Positions 8,846-18,163 of a DNA stretch of 64,000 bases are shown here, piece by piece (the first letter of the stretch is position 1; each line of letters begins with the position of its first letter). Source of the DNA: Candidatus Shapirobacteria bacterium (GTDB taxonomy: Bacteria > Patescibacteriota > Microgenomatia > UBA12405); NCBI GenBank assembly GCA_041661765.1, contig JBAZTV010000003.1, forward strand, positions 79,914 to 143,913, in the 5' to 3' direction. The notes under the pieces were generated by a model that searched no databases, had not been told where the DNA came from, and saw only the letters and a list, made by a program, of their open reading frames with translations. The translations under genes were made by a program, and so were the position numbers.

Positions 8846-9987
8846 TTATTTCAAATCCTTTTTTACTCTTTCCAAGATAATATTAAGACTTTTTTCATTA
8901 TTCAAAGCCTCTTTTTTAATTGTCTCTTCAAATTTATTTTCAAAATATTTTGGATCATCTAAATATTGATACAAAAAATTGACCAACTCGCTATTTTTTT
9001 CCCTAACCCATCCCAATTTTTTCTTTTTAATTAAATCAATATTACCATCCTCCTGACCTCCAATATGAGTAATTGCTATAAAAGGTTTTTGACAAGCCAC
9101 ACTATCAAATAAAAAATTAGGACCGGCTTTTCCAAAAACAATATCTGATGCTCCTAGAGCTTCAGCCATATTGTCAATCCATCCCATATTTTTAATAATA
9201 ACCACATCATCTTTTCTCAATTTAGCTAAAATTTTATTGTACCTCTCCACTAAATTATAAGAAAATTTATCAACCCCTGTATTAATTACAAAAGTTACTT
9301 TACTTTTAAGAAAAATTAAAGTCGGCAATAGTTTTGGTAAAGCACTTGTTCCCAAACTCCCACCACCAACAAAAATCACTGGCCTATCATTTTTAATCCC
9401 CAATTTCTTTCTGACTTCTTTTTTGTCAATTTTTTTGTACATTTCTGGCCTCACCCACCAGCCAGTTTTCAAAATCTCATTCTTTTTAATATCATATTTC
9501 AAAGCTAATTTTTCTCCAATTTCATCATAAACTATATTTAAATCACAACCTTTAACAAATGAAATTGGAATAATTGTCCAAGGATCGGCCACTATTGTCC
9601 ATAATTTAAATTTTTTATTTTTTTCTTTTTTCCAATCAGCCAAACTATGAGAATGAACAAAATATGCCGAAATTATTAAATCTGGCTTTATTTTATTAAC
9701 TTCTTTCTTCAACCTTGGTAAATTAAAAACTGTACTTTTTCGCATCAAATCTCTGGCAAATTTCATATCAAAAACCTTACTAGCCCATCGATTTGTTAAT
9801 GGAATATATCGATAAGCAAAAGTATATAAATCGTCACCAACTCCAGTTTCTGCCTTAATTTCAGCATAAACAACCTCGTAATCATTTTCTTTTTCATGTT
9901 CCTTAAGATAGTTAAAAATTGCCTTAGCTATCGACCTATGTCCCCATGGCATGTGATCAGTTAAGACTAAAATCTTTTTCTTTTGCA
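8846..9987 (-). CDS. glycosyltransferase family 28, MGDG-synthase/UgtP-like diacylglycerol glycosyltransferase
   Basis: KILVLTDHMPWGH N-terminus, IFVGGGSLG, and a C-terminal GT28 motif FGKAGPNFLFDSVACQKPFIAI...GQEDGN that aligns to B. subtilis UgtP. The track ORF extends upstream to 10078 but would overlap tRNA-Thr; trimmed to the Met at 9987. Confidence 0.75.
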
Positions 9988-10012
9988 TGTTCTTATTATA
10001 TAATACCCTACT

Positions 10013-10086
10013 GCCTAAGTAGCTCAGTTGGTTAGAGCAGCTGTTTTGTAAACAGCAGGTCGTGAGTTCGAATCCCACCTTAGGCT
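10013..10086 (+). tRNA. tRNA-Thr (anticodon UGU)
   Basis: Acceptor gcctaag/cttaggc, D-arm gctcagttggttagagc, anticodon stem gctgt/acagc, loop tttgtaa, T-loop ttcgaat. The T-stem has one A-C mismatch. Confidence 0.75.
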
Positions 10087-10130
10087 CTTTTTTATTTAAC
10101 TTTTTGATACAATATCAAAGTATCAATTGT

Positions 10131-10203
10131 GCCCGGATAGCTCAGTTGGTAGAGCATCCCCTTGGTAAGGGGAAGGTCATGAATTCGAGTTTCATTCCGG
10201 GCT
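10131..10203 (+). tRNA. tRNA-Thr (anticodon GGU)
   Basis: Acceptor gcccgga/tccgggc, anticodon stem tcccc/gggga, loop ttggtaa, T-arm atgaa-ttcgagt-ttcat. Confidence 0.8.
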
Positions 10204-10247
10204 CATTTTATCTAAAAGGAGGGTATGCCCTCCGAAACTTTAGTGAA

Positions 10248-10330
10248 GGAGGGGTGCTCCGAATGGTAAGGAACTTGTTTTGAAAACAAGCGTCAGTAAT
10301 GACATGTAGGTTCGACTCCTATCCCCTCCG
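10248..10330 (+). tRNA. tRNA-Ser (anticodon UGA), with long variable arm
   Basis: Acceptor ggagggg/cccctcc, anticodon stem cttgt/acaag, loop tttgaaa, long variable arm gtcagtaatgacatg, T-loop ttcgact. Confidence 0.75.
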
Positions 10331-10544
10331 CATTATGTCTATCTTTCCATGTAATCTTTACACTATGGTTAGAAACCCCTTACCTTCCCTTGTATTTTTT
10401 CGAAAATTTCAATTTATCGTTTTGACGGCCTGTAACACACGAAATTTTAGCGAAATTCAGTTCAAATAATGCCTAAGGTGTTGGTAAATAGTGTTTATAT
10501 CAAAATAATTTTTTATAAAAATTTATTATTGAAATTTTTTAAAA

Positions 10545-10553
10545 TGTTATAAT
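10545..10553 (+). promoter_or_regulatory. extended -10 promoter (TGtTATAAT) for the TIR-like/caspase-like cassette
   Basis: tgttataat sits 35 nt upstream of ATG 10588, with a weak TTGAAA upstream. Confidence 0.4.
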
Positions 10554-10587
10554 GGAGACAATATTGATTGTTATATTTTAATAAAAA

Positions 10588-10998
10588 ATGAGTAATCCTA
10601 GAGCTTTTATTAGTTTTGATTTTGACCATAATGAAACGGAAAAATATTTATTTATTGGTCAATCTAAAAATTCCAAAACACCTTTTGATATAGAAGACTG
10701 GTCTTCTAAGTCATCTCTACCTCAAAATCAGTGGGAAAGAATTATTGAAGATAAAATCAATAAATGTAACTTAATGATAGTTTTAGTTGGAAAAAATATG
10801 GCTTCAGCTTCAGGGGTAGCAAAAGAGATCTCTTTTGCTAAAGAAAATAACGTGCCATTTTTTGGAGTTTATGTTGACGATGCAAATACTTCTAATAACT
10901 TACCGTCTGATTTAGCTAGAAACAGAACAACAAACTGGGATTGGGACAATATTGCTTCTGCTATCAAACAAATGATGGAAGAAGGAAAAAATAAATGA
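10588..10998 (+). CDS. TIR-like domain protein (DUF1863 / MTH538-like TIR)
   Basis: N-terminal AFISFDFDH (the TIR beta-A 'FISY-' strand), then LMIVLVGKNMASASGVAKEISFA..NVPFFGVYVD, which matches the TIR-like pattern [S.S.WV..EI..A...PII.V]. Confidence 0.6.
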   Translation: MSNPRAFISFDFDHNETEKYLFIGQSKNSKTPFDIEDWSSKSSLPQNQWERIIEDKINKCNLMIVLVGKNMASASGVAKEISFAKENNVPFFGVYVDDANTSNNLPSDLARNRTTNWDWDNIASAIKQMMEEGKNK

Positions 10999-11933
10999 GA
11001 AAAGCATTAATTGTTGGAATTAACGATTATAAAGATTGTCCACTTTTAGGATGTGTTAATGATGCATCTTCTCTTTCTAGTATTCTTTCAAGTAATGGTG
11101 ATGGTTCCCCAAATTTTGATGTAATGCTTAAAACTGATATAAAAAATAAATCTGAATTAAAAACTCATATAAAAGAGCTATTTGAAGGAAATGTTGAAAC
11201 AGCTCTATTTTATTTTTCTGGTCACGGTTTTTTAAATAATCTTGGTGGATATATAGTAACACCAGATTATCAACCAAACGATGAAGGTGTCTCTATGAAT
11301 GAAATATTAACTTTTGCCAACCAATCGAAAGCACAAAATAAAATTATTATATTAGATTGTTGTCATTCTGGATCATTCGGATCTCCTCCTGAACAATCCG
11401 TTAGTATTTCTCAAATTACAGAGGGTTTGACTATACTTACTGCTAGTAAAGAAAATGAATCTGCTGTTGAAGAAAACGGACATGGAATTTTTACTAATTT
11501 ATTGTTAGGTGCATTAAGAGGTGAAGCATCAGACCTAATGGGTAATATTACTCCTGGAAGTGTATATTCCTATATCGACCAAGCTTTAGGCCCATGGGAT
11601 CAAAGACCAATTTTTAAAACTAATATTACTAAATTTACACCAATAAGAAATATATCCCCATTAATTCCACTTGATATCCTTAGAAAGATAACTTTATATT
11701 TTCCTACACCTCAAGAGGAATTTAAATTAGATCCTTCTTTTGAAGATTCAGATAAAAATGCCGATCTAAATAATGTTGAAATTTTTAAAAACTTACAAAA
11801 ATTTGAGAGAAATGGATTAGTAATACCTGTTGGTGAAGATTATATGTATTATGCTGCAATGAAATCAAAATCTTGTAAATTAACAGCCTTAGGTTGGCGT
11901 TATTGGGCATTAGTAGATAAAAATAGAATTTAA
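10995..11933 (+). CDS. caspase-like (peptidase C14 / CHAT-type) protein with about 150-aa uncharacterised C-terminal domain
   Basis: ALIVGINDY...L.GCVNDA, His in FYFSGHG and Cys in IILDCCHSG: a canonical caspase His-Cys dyad in the correct order and spacing. ATGA start/stop overlap with the TIR-like gene. Confidence 0.7.
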   Translation: MRKALIVGINDYKDCPLLGCVNDASSLSSILSSNGDGSPNFDVMLKTDIKNKSELKTHIKELFEGNVETALFYFSGHGFLNNLGGYIVTPDYQPNDEGVSMNEILTFANQSKAQNKIIILDCCHSGSFGSPPEQSVSISQITEGLTILTASKENESAVEENGHGIFTNLLLGALRGEASDLMGNITPGSVYSYIDQALGPWDQRPIFKTNITKFTPIRNISPLIPLDILRKITLYFPTPQEEFKLDPSFEDSDKNADLNNVEIFKNLQKFERNGLVIPVGEDYMYYAAMKSKSCKLTALGWRYWALVDKNRI

Positions 11934-11934
11934 T

Positions 11935-13275
11935 TTATTTTATATACAATCTCTTGTTGTGCAATGTAAATTTCGTTTTTATAGCTGATAATACTTGTTG
12001 CCTCTCCTCTACTGTCCCCACTTTTAAGGTATGAACTAGATATTCTTTAACCATATTTTTATCAATATGATTAAAGGCATCATAATCTATTTCTTTTAAG
12101 TTTCCACTTATATATTCTTCATTTAAAACTTCTGTTCTAAGTCGATGAAATCTATCAATATCTTTTTTAAGTTGATGGGCTAATTCAATTTCATTTAGTT
12201 TTAATTCATCAATGTGAGCCATTAATTGTTTAATTAAATCTTCTTCAGTAATATAAGGTTCGCTACATTGGTAATCTATTGATCTAGAGCAGTGATAATA
12301 AACATGTTTTCTAGCATCACCATTTAGAAGTTTCCGATATCTCTCCTCTCCTATTACTGAAGCCCCACAAGAACTACATTTACATAAATGTTTAAATGGG
12401 AAAACATTTTTGTTCCATTCTTTAGCTGGACAAATAAGTTGATATTGAACCTTATCAAATATTTCTTTAGTAATTAATGGTTCGTGATTTCCCTTATATT
12501 TCTTACCATCAAAACTAAATTCACCATAATAAAATGGATTTTTCAAAATGGCATAGATTTTACTTAAAGCAATTGGTTTACCACTTCTGGTAGTAAATCC
12601 AATATCATCCAACCATATTTTTAATACCCTACCACTGTAACCTCTTTCTGATACTTTAGTAAACATTAGTTTTACAGTTGGTGCTCTTTCTTTATCAATC
12701 TCTACATAACTAATTCTATTTTCATTCATTATATTTATATAACCTACAGGAGCCATATTAGGTCGCCATCCAGCTTCACATTTGGCTCTAAGCCCTCTTT
12801 TTACATTAATACCCCTATTATCATTTTCTAGCTTGGCTTGAGAGCATAAAATCATTAGTAAAAACTTTTCATTTGGGTTATTGGAAAATGATTGAGAAAA
12901 AGTCCGAATGGTTTTTAATTTTCCCTGATCCATTAGATCTACTAAGGTTCCAAGATCACCTGCATTTCTGCTCAGTCTATCAGGTGCCCAAGTTAAAATG
13001 GCATCAAATTCTCCACTTCGAATATCTATTAAAAGTTTATTAAAGACTGGTCGAAGCCCTGATGATTTGGCCGAATGACTTTCTTGTCTAACTTCTTTGA
13101 TAATTAATCCATCTCTATTGGCTAAATCCTTCATTTCCTTAATCTGGGAATCGATCGACATGGCTTGTCGCTCATCAGATTCGGTTGATTTACGAGCATA
13201 AAGACAATATTTTGTTTGCTCAATTTCCTGTATCTTTCCATCTTTTTCATTATTCATGATGGAACTATACCGCAA
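11935..13275 (-). CDS. large serine recombinase (resolvase/invertase N-domain + recombinase domain + Zn-ribbon)
   Basis: CLYARKSTESDERQAMSIDSQ (catalytic Ser in YxRxST), GEFDAILTWAPDRLSRN, and C-terminal CKCSSCGA..YYHC zinc ribbon. Confidence 0.85.
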   Translation of the reverse strand: MRYSSIMNNEKDGKIQEIEQTKYCLYARKSTESDERQAMSIDSQIKEMKDLANRDGLIIKEVRQESHSAKSSGLRPVFNKLLIDIRSGEFDAILTWAPDRLSRNAGDLGTLVDLMDQGKLKTIRTFSQSFSNNPNEKFLLMILCSQAKLENDNRGINVKRGLRAKCEAGWRPNMAPVGYINIMNENRISYVEIDKERAPTVKLMFTKVSERGYSGRVLKIWLDDIGFTTRSGKPIALSKIYAILKNPFYYGEFSFDGKKYKGNHEPLITKEIFDKVQYQLICPAKEWNKNVFPFKHLCKCSSCGASVIGEERYRKLLNGDARKHVYYHCSRSIDYQCSEPYITEEDLIKQLMAHIDELKLNEIELAHQLKKDIDRFHRLRTEVLNEEYISGNLKEIDYDAFNHIDKNMVKEYLVHTLKVGTVEERQQVLSAIKTKFTLHNKRLYIK

Positions 13276-13306
13276 CCATTACAGTAGTCTAGAAGATGAT
13301 TATTAT

Positions 13307-14794
13307 TTAATAAATATCAGACAAGTGACGAGAACCTCGATCATAAAAATTACCTGTCGTAAGGACATACATAGCTGGTGTTGGCTGATTATCTAACTCT
13401 AAAATTTTTAAAATTAATAAAGAAAATGCATCGGCAAGGTCGTCGTGTTTTTCGATTCCAAAACCAACTAATTGAGAAATCAATTCTTCGGCTCCTTTTT
13501 TAGGAAACAAAATTTTTCCTTGTTCAATTAAATGGGTAACTAAAGCTAACCTAGATCTTTTATCCTGCCCATTTACCTTTACTCCTTCACAATGAATATT
13601 ACGACTATTAAGATGTTGAATAATTGATTGTTGGTAACCAACATCTTCGACAAAAATTTTTGATTCTCTACCTAAAATTGCAGATATTTCTTCTATTTTA
13701 GCTACTGTCTGAGGAAAAGTTAGTCTTTGATTTACTGGATTTGGATAAATATATATTTCAAGTTTTTCTTTTCTTCCAAAAACTTTGGCAGTAATCATAG
13801 AGGTAAAATCAGCAGATTCTTTTTGAGAAATTGCCAAATCAATTCCAGTTCCAACCATACGAAAATCTCTTTTATCTCTTTCAATCCCTTCATAATATTT
13901 AATCCATTCTGGATGAACTAATCTATCAGCATCGGAAATAATTTTTAGTAAATACTCGCGATACCAAGCCGAATCTGTCCCTATAGATGCCTTTAATTTA
14001 TTGATAGCTTCCATATTGGGAAATTTTCCAGGCCAAGCAATAATTTCATTATCATCTATTAAAGGATAAGCAAGAAATTTACTATCACTTTGTTTATTCT
14101 TTTCCATCATGGCTTTAAGTCTCATTAATAAACAATCTTCGTGGAGTAAATTGCCGACGATTATAAACTTAGTTGAAATATCACCTATTGGTAGAATCTC
14201 ACCTGTTAACCATTGAAAAGTTTTATCTCTACTTTCTCTGGTTTTTATACTATTAAGGTCTTCAACATCATCACATACAACTAAGTCTGGTCTATATTGA
14301 CCATGTCGAACTCCTCTAATACTTTGTTCAGTTGAGGCAATAGTAATTCGAGCATCAAAATTAGAAAGCACTATTGAAGTAGCACCCCATTCGTCACTAA
14401 CTTCCTGAAATGGACCAATATCATTTTTTAATAATTCATTAGTTTCCAACTCTCTTTTAATATTCGATAAATGTAATCTAGCTTGAGATTGAGTCTGACT
14501 AACAATTAATACAAATTTCTTTTGTTGACAACCAGTTATTGCCCAAATCGGATAAGACAAACTCATAATAGTAGACTTACTTGAACCACGAAATGCAACT
14601 AATACCGCCATTTTTAAATTTATATCTTCAGTAATAGAAAACATTTCATTGTGAAATTGAGCAAAAGGATAACTAATATAATGACTAAAATAGATAGTAA
14701 AAAACCAAAAATGACTGTTTTTGGCTAAGGCTCTTCGAACGGACCTTTTCTTTTTTATTTCAATTAGTTCATTTTCGTTTAATTTTTGAATCAT
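13307..14794 (-). CDS. phage terminase large subunit (Terminase_6-like ATPase + RNaseH-like nuclease)
   Basis: Walker A-like VAFRGSSKST, Walker B LVVCDDVEDL, and C-terminal nuclease acidic residues (GTGIDLAIS..., EKHDDLADAF). Confidence 0.75.
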   Translation of the reverse strand: MIQKLNENELIEIKKKRSVRRALAKNSHFWFFTIYFSHYISYPFAQFHNEMFSITEDINLKMAVLVAFRGSSKSTIMSLSYPIWAITGCQQKKFVLIVSQTQSQARLHLSNIKRELETNELLKNDIGPFQEVSDEWGATSIVLSNFDARITIASTEQSIRGVRHGQYRPDLVVCDDVEDLNSIKTRESRDKTFQWLTGEILPIGDISTKFIIVGNLLHEDCLLMRLKAMMEKNKQSDSKFLAYPLIDDNEIIAWPGKFPNMEAINKLKASIGTDSAWYREYLLKIISDADRLVHPEWIKYYEGIERDKRDFRMVGTGIDLAISQKESADFTSMITAKVFGRKEKLEIYIYPNPVNQRLTFPQTVAKIEEISAILGRESKIFVEDVGYQQSIIQHLNSRNIHCEGVKVNGQDKRSRLALVTHLIEQGKILFPKKGAEELISQLVGFGIEKHDDLADAFSLLILKILELDNQPTPAMYVLTTGNFYDRGSRHLSDIY

Positions 14795-15207
14795 TTTTGT
14801 TTTTCTTCAATTAATTCCGGTAAATTTTCAGGTAAAACTGAAGCAAGTTTTAAGGCTTTCATCACTAAAGCTTCTTGTTCTGGAGTTAATTGTTCATCAT
14901 CATGTTTCAATTTGGCGGTTACTTCTATTTTGGTGGCATAAGCTTGATGATGGTTTTTTAACCAAAAAATTATCGCAGTTAAATTTTTATCCCTAATAGC
15001 ACTCATTAATTGAGATTCAGCCATATCATTTACTAATTCATTACCATCCAAAAGAGCTTCGTCTACTTGAGTAGAAAAATTTTCATCATCTTTTTTCCAG
15101 CGATAAAAAGTGGCCCGACCAACACTTACTTTTTCACAAGCTATTTGAATAATTGGTGTTTTTTTTAATTGTTCAATTAATAATTGTTTGTTTTTGTCAG
15201 TTTTCAT
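14791..15207 (-). CDS. terminase small subunit-like HTH protein
   Basis: IACEKVSVGRATFYRWKKDDENF helix-turn-helix. Sits immediately upstream of, and overlapping, TerL. Confidence 0.45.
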   Translation of the reverse strand: MKTDKNKQLLIEQLKKTPIIQIACEKVSVGRATFYRWKKDDENFSTQVDEALLDGNELVNDMAESQLMSAIRDKNLTAIIFWLKNHHQAYATKIEVTAKLKHDDEQLTPEQEALVMKALKLASVLPENLPELIEEKQK

Positions 15208-15935
15208 ATTTTTTTTAGTTTTTTAAAACGATCAATAATTACTTGACAATATTCTGGATCTATTTCAACCATTAGACATTTTCTTTTTGTTTGTTCACAA
15301 GCAATCAAGGTCGACCCCGAACCACCAAAACAGTCATAAACATAATCACCAATTTGGGAACTGTTTAGGATTAAATGACGAAGAAGTGAAATTGGTTTCA
15401 TGGTTGGGTGAAGTGGACTTTTATTAGGTTTTGGAAAAGCTAAAACACTTTTATCTTTACTTTTAAAAAACTGATGAGTACCATACCAACCATAAACTAT
15501 TAATTCATGTTGAGGCAAGTAATCCATTCTTCCAATAACTGCATGATTTTTGACCCAAATTAATAACTGACAAAATTTAAAATTCGAGTCATCTAAAGCA
15601 TTTTTTAAAGCAAACAACATTCGATCAGAATTAAAAATATAGTAGGTATTTTTGGGTGACAAAAACGGTTTAACAATCTCTAACCATTGCTGAGTAAATT
15701 GTTTATACGATTGTTCAGATTGAACCTGGTCGTTGGCAATTATTTTTCTATCTTTTTTTGACTTTGCAAAGCAATTTTTACTCTCAACATAAGCAACACC
15801 ATAAGGAACATCTGTTAATATTAACTTGATTTTTTTATCTGCTAATAATTTTTCTACAGATGATTTATCAGTGGCATCACCACACAAAAGTAGATGATCT
15901 CCGAGAGCAATTAAGTCTCCTTTTTTAATTAACAT
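15204..15935 (-). CDS. DNA methyltransferase (N6-adenine/N4-cytosine, beta class)
   Basis: LILTDVPYG (D-[PV]PY motif IV), then C-terminal FGGSGSTLIACEQTKRKCLMVE (motif I FxGxG). Confidence 0.8.
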   Translation of the reverse strand: MLIKKGDLIALGDHLLLCGDATDKSSVEKLLADKKIKLILTDVPYGVAYVESKNCFAKSKKDRKIIANDQVQSEQSYKQFTQQWLEIVKPFLSPKNTYYIFNSDRMLFALKNALDDSNFKFCQLLIWVKNHAVIGRMDYLPQHELIVYGWYGTHQFFKSKDKSVLAFPKPNKSPLHPTMKPISLLRHLILNSSQIGDYVYDCFGGSGSTLIACEQTKRKCLMVEIDPEYCQVIIDRFKKLKKI

Positions 15936-17223
15936 ACTTTACCTCCTGACCAGTTAATTTTTTATAACGGGAAACAATTAGGTCACAAAATATTGGTTCA
16001 TATTCAACCATTAAACATTTCCGTTTTAATTGTTCACAAGCAATAAGTGTAGAACCTGATCCACCAAACAAATCAACAACAGTATCGCCAATATTAGTAC
16101 ACCTTCTCAGGGCTCTTTCGTGAAGTGTTGGGCTTTTTTCAGTTGGATGTTCATAATCACCTCCGGGTAATCTTTTAACTAACCAAATATTGAGTAAATC
16201 CAAAATGTCGTCTATTGTCCTATTTCCTGAGCCAATTTCTTTGTTTAAAATTTCATTTAAGTTTTTCGGATTTTCCGAAATTGTTGGTTTACCAATTACC
16301 CCATAGATACAAGCTTCGTAACTTTTATTAAAAGCAATGTTAGGTGTAGGTGAAAAACCATTTTTAATCCATAAACAAACCCTTTTGTTTTCTATTCCGA
16401 TTTCTTTATATAAATCTTGAATTAGGCCGATATGATTTTCGTCGTTCCAATAAAAAATATGACAATCTGGCTTGGAGATTGTTAAAACATTTTGAATTGT
16501 CTTTTTCAAAAACTCTTTATATTCATCATCAGTTTTATTATCATTGGTTTGTCCACCATATTTTCCCTTACCACCAATTCCTTTATTGTAATCCAAAGAA
16601 ATATTATAGGGTGGGTCACAATAGACCATAGATACGGACTTATTTGATGTTAATTTTTCAACAACTTTTAAATCAGTACTATCTCCACAAACCAATAGAT
16701 GTTGACCAAGTTGGATAATGTCTCCTAATTTTGTTTTTGGAATTTTTATTTTTTCTAATTCTTTTTCTGTGTCAAAATTATCATCCTCAGTTTCAAGATT
16801 TTCATCCCAAATTTTAGATAAATCATTATTGTCAAAACCAATGTCCATCAGCATTTCAATTTGAAAATTTTTTAGAAGTTCAAAATTCCAATCACCAGTG
16901 TTGCGATTTAATCTAAGGTTCAATTCTTTTTCCTTTTCAACATCTGGGACATTGACATAAACTACTGGCACCTCTGCAAAACCTAACTGTTTTGCTATCT
17001 CTAATCTAAAATGTCCACCAATAACAATATTCTTACGATTTATTGCAGAATTCGCAATAATGGGATCTATTAACCCAAATTTTTTAATACTTTGCTTTAG
17101 TCCGCTTATTGCTTCATCAGACCATTTTCTTGGATTGTATGATGATGGTTTTAAATCTTTGACAGGTATATAGATGACTTTGAGTTGGGTTCTTTGATTC
17201 ATATAAACCAAAGTTACCACCAC
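15925..17223 (-). CDS. ParB-like nuclease domain fused to DNA methyltransferase (phage-type ParB-MTase)
   Basis: N-terminal ParB-N (IPVKDLKPSSYNPRK...IGGHFRLEIAKQLG), VYCDPPYN (DPPY), and C-terminal FGGSGSTLIACEQLKRKCLMVE, almost identical to the downstream MTase. Confidence 0.8.
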   Translation of the reverse strand: MVVTLVYMNQRTQLKVIYIPVKDLKPSSYNPRKWSDEAISGLKQSIKKFGLIDPIIANSAINRKNIVIGGHFRLEIAKQLGFAEVPVVYVNVPDVEKEKELNLRLNRNTGDWNFELLKNFQIEMLMDIGFDNNDLSKIWDENLETEDDNFDTEKELEKIKIPKTKLGDIIQLGQHLLVCGDSTDLKVVEKLTSNKSVSMVYCDPPYNISLDYNKGIGGKGKYGGQTNDNKTDDEYKEFLKKTIQNVLTISKPDCHIFYWNDENHIGLIQDLYKEIGIENKRVCLWIKNGFSPTPNIAFNKSYEACIYGVIGKPTISENPKNLNEILNKEIGSGNRTIDDILDLLNIWLVKRLPGGDYEHPTEKSPTLHERALRRCTNIGDTVVDLFGGSGSTLIACEQLKRKCLMVEYEPIFCDLIVSRYKKLTGQEVKYVN

Positions 17224-17254
17224 ATAAATCAGGTGTATAAGGCATTAATGAAGT

Positions 17255-18001
17255 CTAATTAATGCCAGTTTTTTGTTTATATCTTTTAATAAAGCTACCA
17301 ACATCCTCATATCCATAATCTTTGCCATATTTTTCTGATAAAACATCTGCAATTTTTTCATAGGACATTCCTGATTGTTTTAATTTATATGCTTCACAAT
17401 CTCTTTCAAACATTTTAATCGGTTGAAATTTATCAGTAGTTTTATCCCCTAATTTTTTTTGTTCAAGCATTACATATGGCCAGATGTTTTTTATATCCTC
17501 CAATGTAGTGTTTGCATTTAATTCGAGTGATAATTTTCTAAATTCATCTTCCCATCCAAATACTAGTGATAAATTACCAATTGGTGGAGACATATTATCT
17601 ATGTCATTAAATAAAAGATACATTTTGATTGAATTTTCCCAACTTTTAGATAACTTATATTTTTTGATTAAGCTTAAAATATCATTTCTAAAATTATTTA
17701 TGGGTACTTGATCATTAAATTTTTTATTAGCCTGTTCTTTTTCTGTCCAGTTACCATCTTTGGCCAATTTTTCTTCAAGATCTCTTTCTTGAGACCAATT
17801 ATCATCAGAGTATTTTCCCGACACTTCGTTTAACCAATCTTGCCATTCATGACTTTTTTGTTCATTATCAAAACCTTTGGTTTTAATATTCCATTTTTCC
17901 CTTAATTCTAAAATGTCATGTAAAAAATCTGATCTGGAAGTTAAAATTAGAATTTTTTGCTTTATTCTTTGGCTCTGTTTTTTAAAATAATCCTTGGTCA
18001 T
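17255..18001 (-). CDS. hypothetical protein (phage-remnant block), possible C-terminal HTH
   Basis: 248-aa ORF co-oriented with the MTases; no recognised catalytic motif. Confidence 0.35.
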   Translation of the reverse strand: MTKDYFKKQSQRIKQKILILTSRSDFLHDILELREKWNIKTKGFDNEQKSHEWQDWLNEVSGKYSDDNWSQERDLEEKLAKDGNWTEKEQANKKFNDQVPINNFRNDILSLIKKYKLSKSWENSIKMYLLFNDIDNMSPPIGNLSLVFGWEDEFRKLSLELNANTTLEDIKNIWPYVMLEQKKLGDKTTDKFQPIKMFERDCEAYKLKQSGMSYEKIADVLSEKYGKDYGYEDVGSFIKRYKQKTGIN

Positions 18002-18163
18002 GTATATATTATATGAAAAAAATTATAAACTTTATTGAAATTTGGATCTTTACCGATTTTTAGCTCTAACTTTTAGTATATAATGTAATCAAATGTTTGC
18101 TAATAATGGGTATAAATTATTAGACTTCTAATCTTTTAAAAAATGGGTAATCAATAATAATAA

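Noticed and set aside
10013-10086. Whether tRNA-Thr(UGU) is a pseudogene because of the A-C mismatch in the T-stem
   Set aside because: A single non-Watson-Crick pair in an otherwise canonical cloverleaf is common. Kept as a functional tRNA, but flagged.
10062-10283. Track ORF (73 aa, +) and the N-terminal extension of ORF 8846..10078 (-)
   Set aside because: Both lie across the tRNA-Thr/Thr/Ser genes, so they are spurious translations of tRNA DNA. The glycosyltransferase start was trimmed to the Met at 9987.
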